Of a DNA stretch of 64,000 nt, positions 9,040-18,879 are shown one piece after another. Numbering within the stretch: the first letter of the stretch is position 1; each line of letters opens with the position of its first letter. The stretch is from the IMG/VR virus record IMGVR_UViG_3300045450_000055, positions 1-64,000 of that record; one strand, 5' to 3'. This DNA comes from a virus. The notes beneath the pieces were generated by a model. That model was not told the DNA's origin. It worked only from the letters and a program-made list of their open reading frames with translations, and searched no databases. The position numbers and the translations under genes are program-made.

Positions 9040-9723
9040 ATGTCACGCTACGAAGAACCGGTCACCGTACCTCGCAAAGGTCCCGGTGGTGACGACAGCA
9101 CCGAAACCTCACATCCAGCGTTTGCACAGATCGGCGTGAGCCGCGTCAGCGGGCAAATTAACCTGCTGGACAGTGAGTTCGCTCACAACGCTTACATGGT
9201 TGTGCGGATCACTCCCACCACCCTGATGCGTAACCTGTCCCGAGACTGGTTCTTCGGCGGGCGGGTCCCTTACATCGAAGTCGCGATGTCGGAGTCGCAG
9301 TGGGCGACATTCGTCTCTTCGCCCAACATCGGCGACGGCGCTCCCTGCACTGTTCAGTATCTCAACGGCCAGCCGGTCCCACAGATACCTCGCATCACCG
9401 ATCGTAAGTCGCAGTTCCGTAACGAAGTGGCGAAGGACCTCGAAGAGATGGTCGCCGCAACCGACGAACTCTCCGAACTTATCGATAGCCTTGGGCTACC
9501 AAAAGGCAAGGCAGCCTTGCTCAAGAACAAGGCCACTTTCATCCGCAGGACGCTCACCGGCAGCATCCCGTTCGTCGCCGAGCAATTCGACGAACACATG
9601 GAGAACGCGGTCGAGAACGCCAAGCAGGAAATTCATGGCTATATGGGCGGCGTCCTCCAGCGAGCCGGTCTCGAAGCCATCACCGGCGGCGCGCTCCCTC
9701 TCCAGATCGAAAGCAAGGGATGA
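9040..9723 (+). CDS. hypothetical protein
   Basis: ATG after GGGAGAC; tail of track ORF 9013..9723. Confidence 0.7.
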   Translation: MSRYEEPVTVPRKGPGGDDSTETSHPAFAQIGVSRVSGQINLLDSEFAHNAYMVVRITPTTLMRNLSRDWFFGGRVPYIEVAMSESQWATFVSSPNIGDGAPCTVQYLNGQPVPQIPRITDRKSQFRNEVAKDLEEMVAATDELSELIDSLGLPKGKAALLKNKATFIRRTLTGSIPFVAEQFDEHMENAVENAKQEIHGYMGGVLQRAGLEAITGGALPLQIESKG

Positions 9724-10046
9724 GCCTCCACAAGATCAGGTTCGTGGTGACCATGTGGGGAGACTGCTTCTGGTCCACGAGCTTCCACGGCTTCCGCGAT
9801 TTTCTTGTCCGCCACGCCGTAGATTCTGGCTACGATATGGCGACCGAAGGCGCGTTCCGCCCGCTCGCCGGACGCCCCAAGTGGCTCATGAAGCCGTGGG
9901 GAGAAGACGGCGATCTTGAATCGACCCGTATCGACCTTCCATTCAACGGCTTCATCGAACCCCTCGACTGGACGGAGAAGGAGTTTGGGGAAGCCTTGAT
10001 CGAACTCGATGCGTGGCACGCATCCCAGATCAAAGCGGCAAGCTGA
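9720..10046 (+). CDS. hypothetical protein
   Basis: track ORF; ATGA overlap. Confidence 0.65.
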   Translation: MSLHKIRFVVTMWGDCFWSTSFHGFRDFLVRHAVDSGYDMATEGAFRPLAGRPKWLMKPWGEDGDLESTRIDLPFNGFIEPLDWTEKEFGEALIELDAWHASQIKAAS

Positions 10047-10219
10047 TGGGCGGCCGGGCACCGTATCGATCCAAGCGGGCTGCAAAGCGACGCATCCGGG
10101 CAATGCTCCACGCCCAAGGACTAGGCCCCCGCGACCCGGCCCGTAGAAAGGTGGTTGACCAACAGGAAGATTCGTCCTACACCACCGACATCGAAAGCGA
10201 ATCGGGAGACACGTTGTGA
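10046..10219 (+). CDS. possible small basic protein (57 aa), reads through cassette 6
   Basis: TGATG coupling, but ORF spans a promoter cassette; may be spurious. Confidence 0.3.
   Translation: MGGRAPYRSKRAAKRRIRAMLHAQGLGPRDPARRKVVDQQEDSSYTTDIESESGDTL
10155..10215 (+). promoter_or_regulatory. class A promoter-leader cassette 6
   Basis: TTGACC-N17(aacAGGAAGATTCGTCC)-TACACC; leader GCGAATCGGGAGAC. Confidence 0.6.
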
Positions 10220-10563
10220 CGATCACTACCATCTACGACGCGGATGAAAATCCGGTCGAGCTTCCGTTCAAGTGGGTGATCTGCGGACGGTGCAACGGGC
10301 ACGGTCACTATAACGATCACGTCTACACCGGCGACGAGTTCGAGGAAGCGTTCCCGACCGACGAGGACAAGGACGACTACGTGAACGGCCGGTACGACCG
10401 CACCTGCGAAAGCTGCGATGGCTCCGGTAAGGTGAAAGCCGTACGGACCGACCTGCTCACGGCCGAGCAGTTGGAAGCGTACGAGGATGCCGTCGAAGAC
10501 GAGGCAGTAGACCGCGCCGCGATGGCCGCAGAGATGCGGTACTGCTTCGGCCCCATGTACTAA
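10216..10563 (+). CDS. DnaJ-type zinc-finger (CxxCxGxG x2) protein
   Basis: CGRCNGHG and CESCDGSG motifs. Confidence 0.6.
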   Translation: MTITTIYDADENPVELPFKWVICGRCNGHGHYNDHVYTGDEFEEAFPTDEDKDDYVNGRYDRTCESCDGSGKVKAVRTDLLTAEQLEAYEDAVEDEAVDRAAMAAEMRYCFGPMY

Positions 10564-10581
10564 CTCTGGAGGGAGACAGAT

Positions 10582-11319
10582 ATGACCATCCGCCGCTGCG
10601 TTGATCTCAAGACGATCAACAACGACTACGGGAGCTTCGAGACGGCGTGCGGAGAAGCGCCCCACGGGGTCTTCGACATCGCCAAGACGATCCAACGCGT
10701 CTTAGGGGACGCTTGCGATAACCTGCTGGCTGATGCTCGGGCTTACTCGATCGAAGTCAGTACCTGCGATGGCATCCGGGAGATCGAGGCGTTGATGTTC
10801 GACATGATTCGCGCCAACGCCACGACCGCGCACCGCATGGAGATCGATGCGGCGATCGGCTGCGGCCGGGCACTCGACGCGGCCGACGACGCGGAGCGTG
10901 GAGCCATCATGCACCGGCTGGCGCGTGACAAGGGCTTCATCGCGACCCGTGAGGAATGGACCAAGCTCGGGTTCATCCGGGATGACGATTCGCCCAACAT
11001 GTTCGACGGACCGATGACCTACCGACAGGATAGCGACGCCTTGATCGCAGGTCCCGGCGACCTGTGGATGGTCAGGGTAGAAAGCAACCTCGACGAGTTG
11101 GATTACGTCGATATCGAGGTCAGGGCGTTGACCATGGAAGATGCGGCGGACAAGGCGGAAGCCCACGCACGTCGGCATCCGGACATGTACTTCGACGTTG
11201 CTCCGGTCTTTACCTGCTACGCAAAGCGTCAGGACATTCACCGTATCGACGAAGACGTGGATGACGGCGAAGACCGTTACGCCGGCAGCGACCTCCCTTA
11301 TCCCGGACAGGAGGGCTGA
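10582..11319 (+). CDS. hypothetical protein
   Basis: track ORF; GGAGGGAGAC RBS. Confidence 0.7.
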   Translation: MTIRRCVDLKTINNDYGSFETACGEAPHGVFDIAKTIQRVLGDACDNLLADARAYSIEVSTCDGIREIEALMFDMIRANATTAHRMEIDAAIGCGRALDAADDAERGAIMHRLARDKGFIATREEWTKLGFIRDDDSPNMFDGPMTYRQDSDALIAGPGDLWMVRVESNLDELDYVDIEVRALTMEDAADKAEAHARRHPDMYFDVAPVFTCYAKRQDIHRIDEDVDDGEDRYAGSDLPYPGQEG

Positions 11320-11320
11320 G

Positions 11321-11824
11321 GTGAAGTTCTATCAGGTCCAGACCCCAGCCGGCCCGCGATTCGCCCGTACCCAGTCCGAGGCCAAGGCGATCGACAAGAA
11401 CTTTCAGCTAGTCGATCTTCCGATCGATCAGGCGTCGCTCGTCGAGCGGTACAACGACCTGTTCGAGGAAGGGGCGCGGTTCGCTCAGAACTCCGGCATC
11501 AGGATCAACGACCAGCCGGCGACCGCGGCCGACGTGGTGGCGCTCGCCCAAGCCATGGACGACGAGGACGGAGGCTATCCACAACCGCCCGTCAGGGGCA
11601 AGAAGGCGGTTGAGAACACAAGCCCCACGGATTGGGGTTTGGCCCCTCCAGAGGGCTCCTGCGAGCGCTGCGTCGCCATGTCGCAAGCCTCCCGCGACAT
11701 CGAGGAGATCATGGCGATCACGAACATCGAATGGGCGCTGTACTATGCGTCTGACAAGATGCTCGATCGCGTCGAGGCGGCAGTAGCTGCCCGCCGGGCG
11801 GAACTGGCCGAAAAGGATCGATAA
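11321..11824 (+). CDS. hypothetical protein
   Basis: GTG after CAGGAGGG; tail of track ORF 11141..11824. Confidence 0.6.
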   Translation: MKFYQVQTPAGPRFARTQSEAKAIDKNFQLVDLPIDQASLVERYNDLFEEGARFAQNSGIRINDQPATAADVVALAQAMDDEDGGYPQPPVRGKKAVENTSPTDWGLAPPEGSCERCVAMSQASRDIEEIMAITNIEWALYYASDKMLDRVEAAVAARRAELAEKDR

Positions 11825-12168
11825 TGCGGCCTGTGTCCTATCCATCGGAACCGGAAGAAGAGATCGCGTGCGCCGCGAATCGATATCCCGACATTGGGGT
11901 ATTTCCGCTACCCGCACCTGCCCGGCATCATCACATCATGTGGACATACCTCATGATTTTCGGCAGCGGCGCGAACAGATGCGAGCAAGGCTTCCTTACT
12001 ACCAAGGGTCGCTTTGTCGATCGCATCGAAGGTCTGCGGATCGCTCAGGCGGCCGATCAGCTACTGGAGAAATGCGGCGACCCCACCCGCCTGTTCTCCG
12101 AGGACCTATGGCCTACCCCACCCGAAGCGGCGATGTATTCGATCGTTAAACTCGACGAAGACGATTGA
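11824..12168 (+). CDS. hypothetical protein
   Basis: track ORF; TAATG coupling. Confidence 0.6.
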   Translation: MRPVSYPSEPEEEIACAANRYPDIGVFPLPAPARHHHIMWTYLMIFGSGANRCEQGFLTTKGRFVDRIEGLRIAQAADQLLEKCGDPTRLFSEDLWPTPPEAAMYSIVKLDEDD

Positions 12169-12226
12169 CGACCCGGAAGATTCATCCTACTACAAGCCAT
12201 CAGCAGCGAATCAGGGAGACCAGCTA
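12165..12226 (+). promoter_or_regulatory. class A promoter-leader cassette 7
   Basis: TTGACG-N17(acccGGAAGATTCATCC)-TACTAC; leader GCGAATCAGGGAGAC. Confidence 0.6.
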
Positions 12227-12559
12227 ATGCCATTCCGTACCAACTTCTTCGGCGAGAAGATCATCCAGCCGGGGACCTCGCGCGACGAGATCGATGACGC
12301 CATCATGGCGCGGCCGGAGATCATCGACTTCAACATCTATTCGGCCGATGTGTCGCTGACCGGCGACGATGTGTACGGCTTCGGCGGCACCCTCCACTTC
12401 ACCACTGAGTCCGACACGGGCGAGATCGATGACGACGACTGCGAGGTCACCGAGCATGGCGACGGTATGCTGGAGTTCGACGGCTTTTCGTCCGTCGCCG
12501 AGGCTGTCGCGTGGATCGACTTCACCTATCCCGATCTCGATATCGTCGAGGTGGCATAA
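12227..12559 (+). CDS. hypothetical acidic protein
   Basis: ATG after GGGAGAC; tail of track ORF 12014..12559. Confidence 0.65.
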   Translation: MPFRTNFFGEKIIQPGTSRDEIDDAIMARPEIIDFNIYSADVSLTGDDVYGFGGTLHFTTESDTGEIDDDDCEVTEHGDGMLEFDGFSSVAEAVAWIDFTYPDLDIVEVA

Positions 12560-12561
12560 CC

Positions 12562-13146
12562 ATGCGGCTCGACAACAGCGATCTCGTCGGCATCCGCGAC
12601 CGTGCCAAGGCGGTCTGGGCGGACATTCACCACTTCACTGGCGGCGGTGCTTCGTCGGAGGAAGCGGAGACGGCCCTGACCGATACCCGCCACATCATCA
12701 CCCTGCTCGACAAGGCGATCGGCGATCGGCGCACGGCAGCAGTCGGCGTTCGCGACGACGACGAGATGACCAAGCTGCTGGCCGGCTGCATCGGCGCGGT
12801 CGAGGCCAATTCGTTCGAGGCCCACGCATTGTGGCAACTGAACGATGCGAAGGTCGCAGGCCGGAAGCTGACGTGGCAAGGCGGTACGTCTGGCCTTCTC
12901 GTATGTGTCGGCGAGGTGGGCGGCAACCCGATTTATATCAGCTTGCTGACGCCGACGATCGGCGGCCACAAGATGCTGTTCTATTACGCCACCAGCACCT
13001 TCGTCGATCACGACATGGTGCGAGCATGGCTGGATACGAACATGCCGGCGTCGGCACGACGCTCGGATGGCCGCATCAACCATACCGACGCCACCAATTT
13101 CCACAACATCTTCGGCTACGACCGGGAGCGCCAGTATGCAGATTGA
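12562..13146 (+). CDS. hypothetical protein
   Basis: internal ATG of track ORF 12511..13146. Confidence 0.65.
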   Translation: MRLDNSDLVGIRDRAKAVWADIHHFTGGGASSEEAETALTDTRHIITLLDKAIGDRRTAAVGVRDDDEMTKLLAGCIGAVEANSFEAHALWQLNDAKVAGRKLTWQGGTSGLLVCVGEVGGNPIYISLLTPTIGGHKMLFYYATSTFVDHDMVRAWLDTNMPASARRSDGRINHTDATNFHNIFGYDRERQYAD

Positions 13147-13369
13147 GGTGTTTTCCCTCATCGACGACACTGGGCGCATCCGATCGCTCGGCACGGCCGC
13201 CTCGTTCGGGGAAGCGCGGGATATGCAGAAGGCGAGCCTCCCGGACGATCTCAAGGATGCCTACGCCGGCATCGACGGCGGCCTCCCTCTTTTCTATGCT
13301 GAGTTCCTGACCCCGGCGTTGAAGGAGAAGTATCCGCAACTCGCCGACCGCATCGACGAGGACGGATGA
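13136..13369 (+). CDS. hypothetical protein
   Basis: internal ATG of track ORF 13067..13369; 11-nt overlap. Confidence 0.55.
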   Translation: MQIEVFSLIDDTGRIRSLGTAASFGEARDMQKASLPDDLKDAYAGIDGGLPLFYAEFLTPALKEKYPQLADRIDEDG

Positions 13370-13581
13370 CGATGGAGAAAGACGCCGAAAACGTCACGGT
13401 CAGCCTGACGCCGTGGGAGCGCGAAAAGCTCGCGTTCTTTGCGGTCAGCAATGCCCTCACCTACGCCACCCACGACGCACGGGGCGGCCTGTTCGAAACC
13501 GAGAAGAAGGAGATGGTCCGCTGGAAGAACCTCTCCGACAAGCTCTCGAAGAAGAAGGAAGACACCGATGAACCGTCGTGA
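13366..13581 (+). CDS. hypothetical protein
   Basis: track ORF; ATGA overlap. Confidence 0.6.
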   Translation: MTMEKDAENVTVSLTPWEREKLAFFAVSNALTYATHDARGGLFETEKKEMVRWKNLSDKLSKKKEDTDEPS

Positions 13582-14137
13582 CCTCATGATCGCCGCGGCT
13601 GCGGCATCACTCGCCACCATCGCCACGCCCGCTCTGGCGATCCCCAGCCGCATCACATGGGTCGGCGACGCGGCCTCCCACCCGCAGGCCCTGATGGTGA
13701 CCAAGGCACTTCACGAGATGATGGCGGCCGGCGTCATGTACACCACCGGCGAAGCCTATCTCGATCGCACCATCAAGCTGACCGACGCCCGGTTCGAGGT
13801 GCGGCGCGGCGGGTACATCTGGAGTTGGATCAACGGAGACATGGCCGAAGGAGGGCTGGTCATCGCGGCGTACGAACGGGGAGTCTTTCTGGGCGAAACG
13901 TTCATCGCAACGTCCATCAATTACGAGGAGTGCTGGCAGCGGCCGAAGCCACCCGAGTACCCGGATTACTTCCTCAAGCGGTGGCATACGCCCTATGAGG
14001 AAGAGTACACCAAGTCCGAACGGCGTCGGATCGTCTCCAGCCAGCAACTGGAAGCGCAACTTCCCAAGGACCATTTCGATTACGACATGAGGTGGCTCGT
14101 ACAGACCATCAAACAGGAAGGAGCATCAGCAGCTTGA
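13568..14137 (+). CDS. secreted protein with twin-arginine (Tat)-like signal peptide
   Basis: MNRRDLMIAAAAASLATIATPALA-IPS: RR + hydrophobic core + ALA cleavage-like site. Confidence 0.6.
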   Translation: MNRRDLMIAAAAASLATIATPALAIPSRITWVGDAASHPQALMVTKALHEMMAAGVMYTTGEAYLDRTIKLTDARFEVRRGGYIWSWINGDMAEGGLVIAAYERGVFLGETFIATSINYEECWQRPKPPEYPDYFLKRWHTPYEEEYTKSERRRIVSSQQLEAQLPKDHFDYDMRWLVQTIKQEGASAA

Positions 14138-14343
14138 AGATTGGATACGCACCGGGCAAGGTGACCGACAAGCACGACTGGCACCGGTATCAGGTCATGG
14201 CCGGCTTCGTCCACACCGTGGATCACGACGGTCAGCCCGACACCTTCGAGTTCGTCATGGGGATGCCGATGGAGCGTCGGCGGGGCGACAAGGGGTGGGA
14301 ATACCGTTTCCCTCTTGACTCCTACTGCCGGAGTGTTAGTTAG
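14134..14343 (+). CDS. hypothetical protein
   Basis: TTG start overlapping upstream stop, GGAAGGAG upstream; tail of track ORF 14092..14343. Confidence 0.5.
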   Translation: MKIGYAPGKVTDKHDWHRYQVMAGFVHTVDHDGQPDTFEFVMGMPMERRRGDKGWEYRFPLDSYCRSVS

Positions 14344-14367
14344 ACTTTCACTCGAAGGAGAATAGGT

Positions 14368-14565
14368 TTGACGGAACGACAAGGCACCATCGCCATCCGG
14401 CTGCTGCGTGAGCAGATCGCTCAGCGACAGCAGAAGAACGCCACGATCCGAAACGCGTTCGGTGACCGGATCACCACGGCGCTGGATCAGGAGTGCCAGC
14501 AGCGGGACGAGGAGATCGCTGCTCTGGAAGCCGCGATCGTGGCGGTACAGCGGACCGCGGCGTAA
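14368..14565 (+). CDS. hypothetical coiled-coil-like protein
   Basis: track ORF; AAGGAG RBS, TTG start. Confidence 0.55.
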   Translation: MTERQGTIAIRLLREQIAQRQQKNATIRNAFGDRITTALDQECQQRDEEIAALEAAIVAVQRTAA

Positions 14566-14569
14566 CACT

Positions 14570-14603
14570 AGCCCCGTCAGGACCACCCTGACGGGGCTTT
14601 TCT
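14570..14603 (+). terminator. rho-independent terminator
   Basis: AGCCCCGTCAGG-accac-CCTGACGGGGCT + TTTTCT. Confidence 0.8.
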
Positions 14604-14613
14604 GTGAGGCATC

Positions 14614-14802
14614 ATGAACCACAATATCAACGACCTGCCCGACGAGACGGCGATCGAAGCACTCGAATGGCTAACCGATCCCGCCAAGGTGGTGCTGGCC
14701 TGCGGATGTGTCGAGCCTATCGCACCGGGCGATGTGCTGTACGTTACGCCATCCGGAGACGGCTTCGCTCCAATCGCAATCGATCGTGTGACCATTCACT
14801 GA
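14614..14802 (+). CDS. hypothetical protein
   Basis: track ORF. Confidence 0.55.
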   Translation: MNHNINDLPDETAIEALEWLTDPAKVVLACGCVEPIAPGDVLYVTPSGDGFAPIAIDRVTIH

Positions 14803-14815
14803 CTGTTATTTTAGC

Positions 14816-14843
14816 TTGACATAGGGGCGATTAAGGCTAACAA
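14816..14843 (+). promoter_or_regulatory. class B promoter (TTGACA .. GCTAACAA)
   Basis: CTGTTATTTTAGC-TTGACA-N14-GCTAACAA; near-identical to 37153..37194. Confidence 0.6.
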
Positions 14844-14862
14844 GGCGGTCAAGGAGATCGCT

Positions 14863-15192
14863 ATGACCCGCCCTACCCTCAACCAACTCTACCACGCAAT
14901 GCGTCGCGCCGCTCTCATCCTGCCGCTGGACAGCTTCTGGCAGCACCAAGCGTCTGGCGACGTTTACCAGATCACCAGCCATCACATCCGCGAAACTGAT
15001 GGTGTCGCCAGTGTCGAATATCGACCGGCCGGCGACTTCGATCCCCTCTTCCCTCTCCGCTTCTCGCGACCGGTAGATGAGTTTTTCGAGCAGGTCTTCC
15101 TTGGTCCGCAGCAGACCGGGATCGACGAAGCCCCTCCACTGGGACAGCGCTTCGTGGAAGTCAGCCAGAAGATGGAATGGGCGCGTGTCTGA
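14863..15192 (+). CDS. DUF1653-like protein
   Basis: GDVYQITSHHIRETDGVASVEYRP....FSRPVDEF resembles the DUF1653 pattern (from memory). Confidence 0.5.
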   Translation: MTRPTLNQLYHAMRRAALILPLDSFWQHQASGDVYQITSHHIRETDGVASVEYRPAGDFDPLFPLRFSRPVDEFFEQVFLGPQQTGIDEAPPLGQRFVEVSQKMEWARV

Positions 15193-15469
15193 TCTCGTTT
15201 ACGTTAACGGCCGCCCGATCGGCAGGATCGTGTCCTTCGATATCGAAAGCTGCTCCCTCAACCGGCTGGACCCGCCTTCGATAGCGCTCGGTATCCGAAC
15301 ATGGGAAGGCACCTTCACCACCACGTTCGTGGATACCGAAACTTTCTCCCGGCTGTTCCCACCACAGCCGGCTCCGAAACCACGACCGTTGCGGTGGGTC
15401 TATCGAAGCCTTCGGGCTCTGCCGCTGACAGCTATCATCCTTGCCTTGCTTTATGGGATTATCCGATGA
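15185..15469 (+). CDS. hypothetical protein with C-terminal TM helix
   Basis: GTG start overlapping upstream stop; tail of track ORF 15077..15469. Confidence 0.5.
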   Translation: MSDLVYVNGRPIGRIVSFDIESCSLNRLDPPSIALGIRTWEGTFTTTFVDTETFSRLFPPQPAPKPRPLRWVYRSLRALPLTAIILALLYGIIR

Positions 15470-15996
15470 CCGATGTGAAACCGTATCAGGACTTCGATAT
15501 CGAGGAAGTCGCCACGACGCTTCTGGAGACCAGCCGCTTCGGGTCGTTCCGATTCCTCCACCGTCCGGCGCGTGCCGCCATGCTGCTGCGTGACCTGTGG
15601 AGCGATCTCCAAGACGCCCTCGCCGATCTCCAGTTCGAGCGGACCGACTTCGGCAACTACCGTCGCCGCGAAGAAGAGCGTCTTCGCGACGCACGTAAAG
15701 ACGCGCTCAAGCTGAGCAAGCGTATCGATGCCGCTCTAACGGAGATGGGAGCGAGCAAGGGAAGGTGGCCGGGCGAAAAGCCTGTCGCAGTTGTACTGTC
15801 GCCTTACCAATACGAAGAACTTACCCTTCATGGGTATGATCGTTTCAGAAAGGGTCAGCAATACTCCAACGTCTCGATCTACACTGCCAAAGGGTTCTAT
15901 GGTCCGGCTGTCCTGACTCAGGACGCTTTCAACGCGGTGACGCGGATGGCACCCGAACTGAACTTCCTCGCCAAGGACCTCACCCGTGAGCGGTGA
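15466..15996 (+). CDS. hypothetical protein
   Basis: ATGA overlap; tail of track ORF 15301..15996. Confidence 0.65.
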   Translation: MTDVKPYQDFDIEEVATTLLETSRFGSFRFLHRPARAAMLLRDLWSDLQDALADLQFERTDFGNYRRREEERLRDARKDALKLSKRIDAALTEMGASKGRWPGEKPVAVVLSPYQYEELTLHGYDRFRKGQQYSNVSIYTAKGFYGPAVLTQDAFNAVTRMAPELNFLAKDLTRER

Positions 15997-16099
15997 GTTC
16001 GCGGCTGGGGCAGCCCTGCTGGATATCAGGAGGATCGTTATCCTGTTCGTGCTGGCAATGTTTGGCGGGCTGGTCATCGCCGCGGCGCTCCCGCTGTGA
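15986..16099 (+). CDS. possible 37-aa single-TM peptide
   Basis: hand-translated VSGEFAAGAALLDIRRIVILFVLAMFGGLVIAAALPL; coupled at both ends. Confidence 0.35.
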   Translation: MSGEFAAGAALLDIRRIVILFVLAMFGGLVIAAALPL

Positions 16100-16554
16100 G
16101 GGACTTCCCTAACTCGCTGGTAGCCCGGATCGAGTATTCCGACACCAACCTTGTTGGTGAGGGGATTCGCATCTGCGCCACCGGCGGCCGAGACTTCGAC
16201 GATCTCGGCTTCGTCTGGTCGCATCTGGATGTTCTCCACCACTTCCGGACCATCCGGGAGATCGGCATCGGCTGCGCCCAAGGCGTGGACGCACTGGTGC
16301 TGGCATGGGCCAAGGCTAACAAGGTCCCGTGGACCCGCTACGTCGCTGATTGGGATCGTCTGGGCACGGCCGCGGGAGCGCTCCGTAACGGTGTCATGCT
16401 AGAGGATTTTCAACCCGACCTCCTGATGGTCTACCCCGGCGGAGTAGGTACGACGGACTGCGCTCGCAAAGCCCGCAAGATGAAGATCGAGCGGGAGTTC
16501 TACAATCTCGACGACGGTTCCGACCCGTTTGTCGAAGCTACCAAATGGGGCTGA
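16096..16554 (+). CDS. DUF2493 / SLOG-fold (YspA-like) protein
   Basis: ..ICATGGRDFDD...IGIGCAQGVDALVLAWA....YVADWDRLGTAAGALRNGVM.. matches remembered DUF2493 pattern. Confidence 0.6.
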   Translation: MRDFPNSLVARIEYSDTNLVGEGIRICATGGRDFDDLGFVWSHLDVLHHFRTIREIGIGCAQGVDALVLAWAKANKVPWTRYVADWDRLGTAAGALRNGVMLEDFQPDLLMVYPGGVGTTDCARKARKMKIEREFYNLDDGSDPFVEATKWG

Positions 16555-16558
16555 TCTG

Positions 16559-17029
16559 ATGAAATGTTCGACCATCATGCGAGGCGAACTCAAGGGCTGG
16601 GAGACAGGTCCCAAGCTCAAGCGTGGCGAACCAGCCCTCAAGGCATATCGCTGCCCGGCCGGCGTCTGGACCATCGGCTGGGGTGCAACCGGCAAGGGCA
16701 TCACAGCCAAGTCGGTAGTGACCCGTGACTGGTGCGAGAAGCGGTTCGACGCCGACCTGATGTACTTCGAGCATGGCGTCGAGCGCCTGTTGAAGGGGCA
16801 CCCGGCGACCCAAGGCCAGTTCGACGCCTTGGTGAGCTTCGCCTATAACTGCGGTCTCGACGAAGATGCCGACACCAAGGCGGAAGGTCTGGGAGACAGC
16901 ACATTGCTCCGACTGCATTTGGCCGGAGATTACGCCGGTGCTGCTGCCGAGTTCGGCAAGTGGACCAGCGGCGGTATGGCCGGTCTCGTCTCTCGTCGCG
17001 CTGTCGAGAAGCGTTTCTATTTGTCCTAA
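16559..17029 (+). CDS. GH24 phage lysozyme (endolysin)
   Basis: ..KAYRCPAGVWTIGWGATG......FDALVSFAYNCG.. lysozyme core; Cys at the usual Asp position. Confidence 0.8.
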   Translation: MKCSTIMRGELKGWETGPKLKRGEPALKAYRCPAGVWTIGWGATGKGITAKSVVTRDWCEKRFDADLMYFEHGVERLLKGHPATQGQFDALVSFAYNCGLDEDADTKAEGLGDSTLLRLHLAGDYAGAAAEFGKWTSGGMAGLVSRRAVEKRFYLS

Positions 17030-17057
17030 TAGGGCAGTTAAACTAACGGTGAGACCA

Positions 17058-18317
17058 GTGTCGCTATTTTCATTTATCACGACGCAAGTGCAAAGCAATC
17101 AGATCGCTCAAGCCGCTATCATGGCAGGTCCGGCGACGGCACTGGCTTACTCTGCCAAAGCACTTCCGCTTAAACTTCTTCGAGGAGCAAAGAAGCTCGT
17201 AAGCGTTGATGTGCGTTTCAACAGCGACATGGCGGATTTTGAAGCCGTACTCCGCTTCGTAACGAACAACGTAGTCAAGGATGCGTTCAGCAGGAACTTC
17301 GTCTACACGACGGAGAGCAAGTGGGACACCGAAGACTATGAGATGGTTCACAAGCACCATGGCCTGACCGCGGGCTATGGCACTCACTTGGGCTTCTTCA
17401 ACCGACATCCTGTGCTGGTTGATCGATTTCTCGACGACGGCAACAACACCGAAAAGTTCAAAGAGCATCTGGTGGTGACGTTCTTCACCCGCTCCAAGCG
17501 CGTGGTCCGTGAGTTCTCGACAGAGGTAGCGAAGGCGGCGGGTAATAATATCGAGAGCTTCGAGAGCGTTCCTGTCCATGTCAATGGTGGGAACTACTGG
17601 GACCGGATGGGGAAGCTGCCCCTACGACGAATGAATACCGTCCTTACGTCTGACAATGCTGGTGAGAAGCTGGTTGCATCCATCCGAGAGTTTGAGGGCC
17701 GTAAAGAGGAGGACCATCGTCTTGGCTTGCCGCATCACTTCGGTGCCATGCTTCACTCCGAACCGGGCTGCGGGAAGTCGAGCCTGATCCACGCCGTTGC
17801 TTCGGAACTGGAGCGCTCCATCTATTATCTGAACATGGGGTCACTGGAGAAGGACCGCGATCTCCTGAACCTGCTCAACGGCCGCAACGACTGGTCACGT
17901 ATCCTGCTCGCGATCGAAGACTTCGACGCAGCCGGCGTCGATGTATCCAAGCGCACCGACGACGAACCAGACACGATCGAGTGCGACGAAGGGGTTGTTG
18001 TCCTCCCCCAGCCCGCCAAGCCTGCGAAGAAGTCGCCCATCACGCTCAGCGCGCTCCTCAACGTCTTGGACGGCATCCTCTGTCCGGATGGTCTCGTTGT
18101 CATCGCGACGACCAATCATCACGATAAGCTCGATCCGGCCATCACTCGTCCGGGCCGGTTCGATCAGACGTTCCGTCTTGGCAAGCTGAATTACCGCGGC
18201 TTCGTCCAAATGTGCGAGTTGTTCGGCAAGCGGCCCAGCGACTTCCCTCAGATCGGAGAGGATGTCTTGATGACCGGTGCCGAGATGCGTGCCGTTATCA
18301 TGGGAGCTTCGGCATGA
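17058..18317 (+). CDS. BCS1-like AAA+ ATPase
   Basis: Walker A EPGCGKSS, Walker B LLAIEDFD, ..ATTNHHDKLDPAITRPGRFD..; GTG start after GGTGAGAC (alt ATG 17121). Confidence 0.75.
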   Translation: MSLFSFITTQVQSNQIAQAAIMAGPATALAYSAKALPLKLLRGAKKLVSVDVRFNSDMADFEAVLRFVTNNVVKDAFSRNFVYTTESKWDTEDYEMVHKHHGLTAGYGTHLGFFNRHPVLVDRFLDDGNNTEKFKEHLVVTFFTRSKRVVREFSTEVAKAAGNNIESFESVPVHVNGGNYWDRMGKLPLRRMNTVLTSDNAGEKLVASIREFEGRKEEDHRLGLPHHFGAMLHSEPGCGKSSLIHAVASELERSIYYLNMGSLEKDRDLLNLLNGRNDWSRILLAIEDFDAAGVDVSKRTDDEPDTIECDEGVVVLPQPAKPAKKSPITLSALLNVLDGILCPDGLVVIATTNHHDKLDPAITRPGRFDQTFRLGKLNYRGFVQMCELFGKRPSDFPQIGEDVLMTGAEMRAVIMGASA

Positions 18318-18616
18318 GCCCTTACATCCAATACTTCACGACGAGAAAAGGCGGTGCGGTAATTCACGTCAACCGCCAGCATATAGCGATGAACGCCAAG
18401 GATGGCGGTAACCGACCGGTCTACACCATCAAGCCAAATGGGCCGAACTCAAAACCGATCTACGCCAGAGAGGTCGAGATCACGGGACCGTCCAAGCTGG
18501 TGTACAACGGTAAGCAACTCTCCTGTGGCGCTCGCGCGTGGATCGAGGTGCCGGCTGGTGTCCTCATCAACTTGATCGACGGCATGACTTACGACGACGC
18601 TAAGGAGGCTATTTGA
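18314..18616 (+). CDS. hypothetical protein
   Basis: ATGA overlap; tail of track ORF 18212..18616. Confidence 0.65.
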   Translation: MSPYIQYFTTRKGGAVIHVNRQHIAMNAKDGGNRPVYTIKPNGPNSKPIYAREVEITGPSKLVYNGKQLSCGARAWIEVPAGVLINLIDGMTYDDAKEAI

Positions 18617-18879
18617 TGAAATCCCAGATCGCGATAGTGGTGCATAATCACGATATCCGTGGCCGATTGGCGCAGTTGTTCGATCCATCCGCCTATCGCA
18701 TCATCGTCCCCGGACAGGCACTTAATGGCTTTCGTTTCAGAGGCGTCGTCATGACAAGCGGGGCATTGGACCGCATGAGGATGTATGCGTCGCCAGCAGC
18801 AACGGAGCGCATGGATCGATGGTACAACAACGAACTCGCCGCGAGCCTCCTACCCGGCGCAAAGGTAGTGCATATCTAG
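18613..18879 (+). CDS. hypothetical protein
   Basis: track ORF; ATGA overlap. Confidence 0.6.
   Translation: MMKSQIAIVVHNHDIRGRLAQLFDPSAYRIIVPGQALNGFRFRGVVMTSGALDRMRMYASPAATERMDRWYNNELAASLLPGAKVVHI

Noticed and set aside
16559-17029. SAR-endolysin interpretation of the lysozyme (Cys at the catalytic-Asp position plus Cys3)
   Set aside because: The N-terminus (MKCSTIMRGELKGWE) has no hydrophobic signal-anchor segment. The Cys substitution alone is insufficient evidence.
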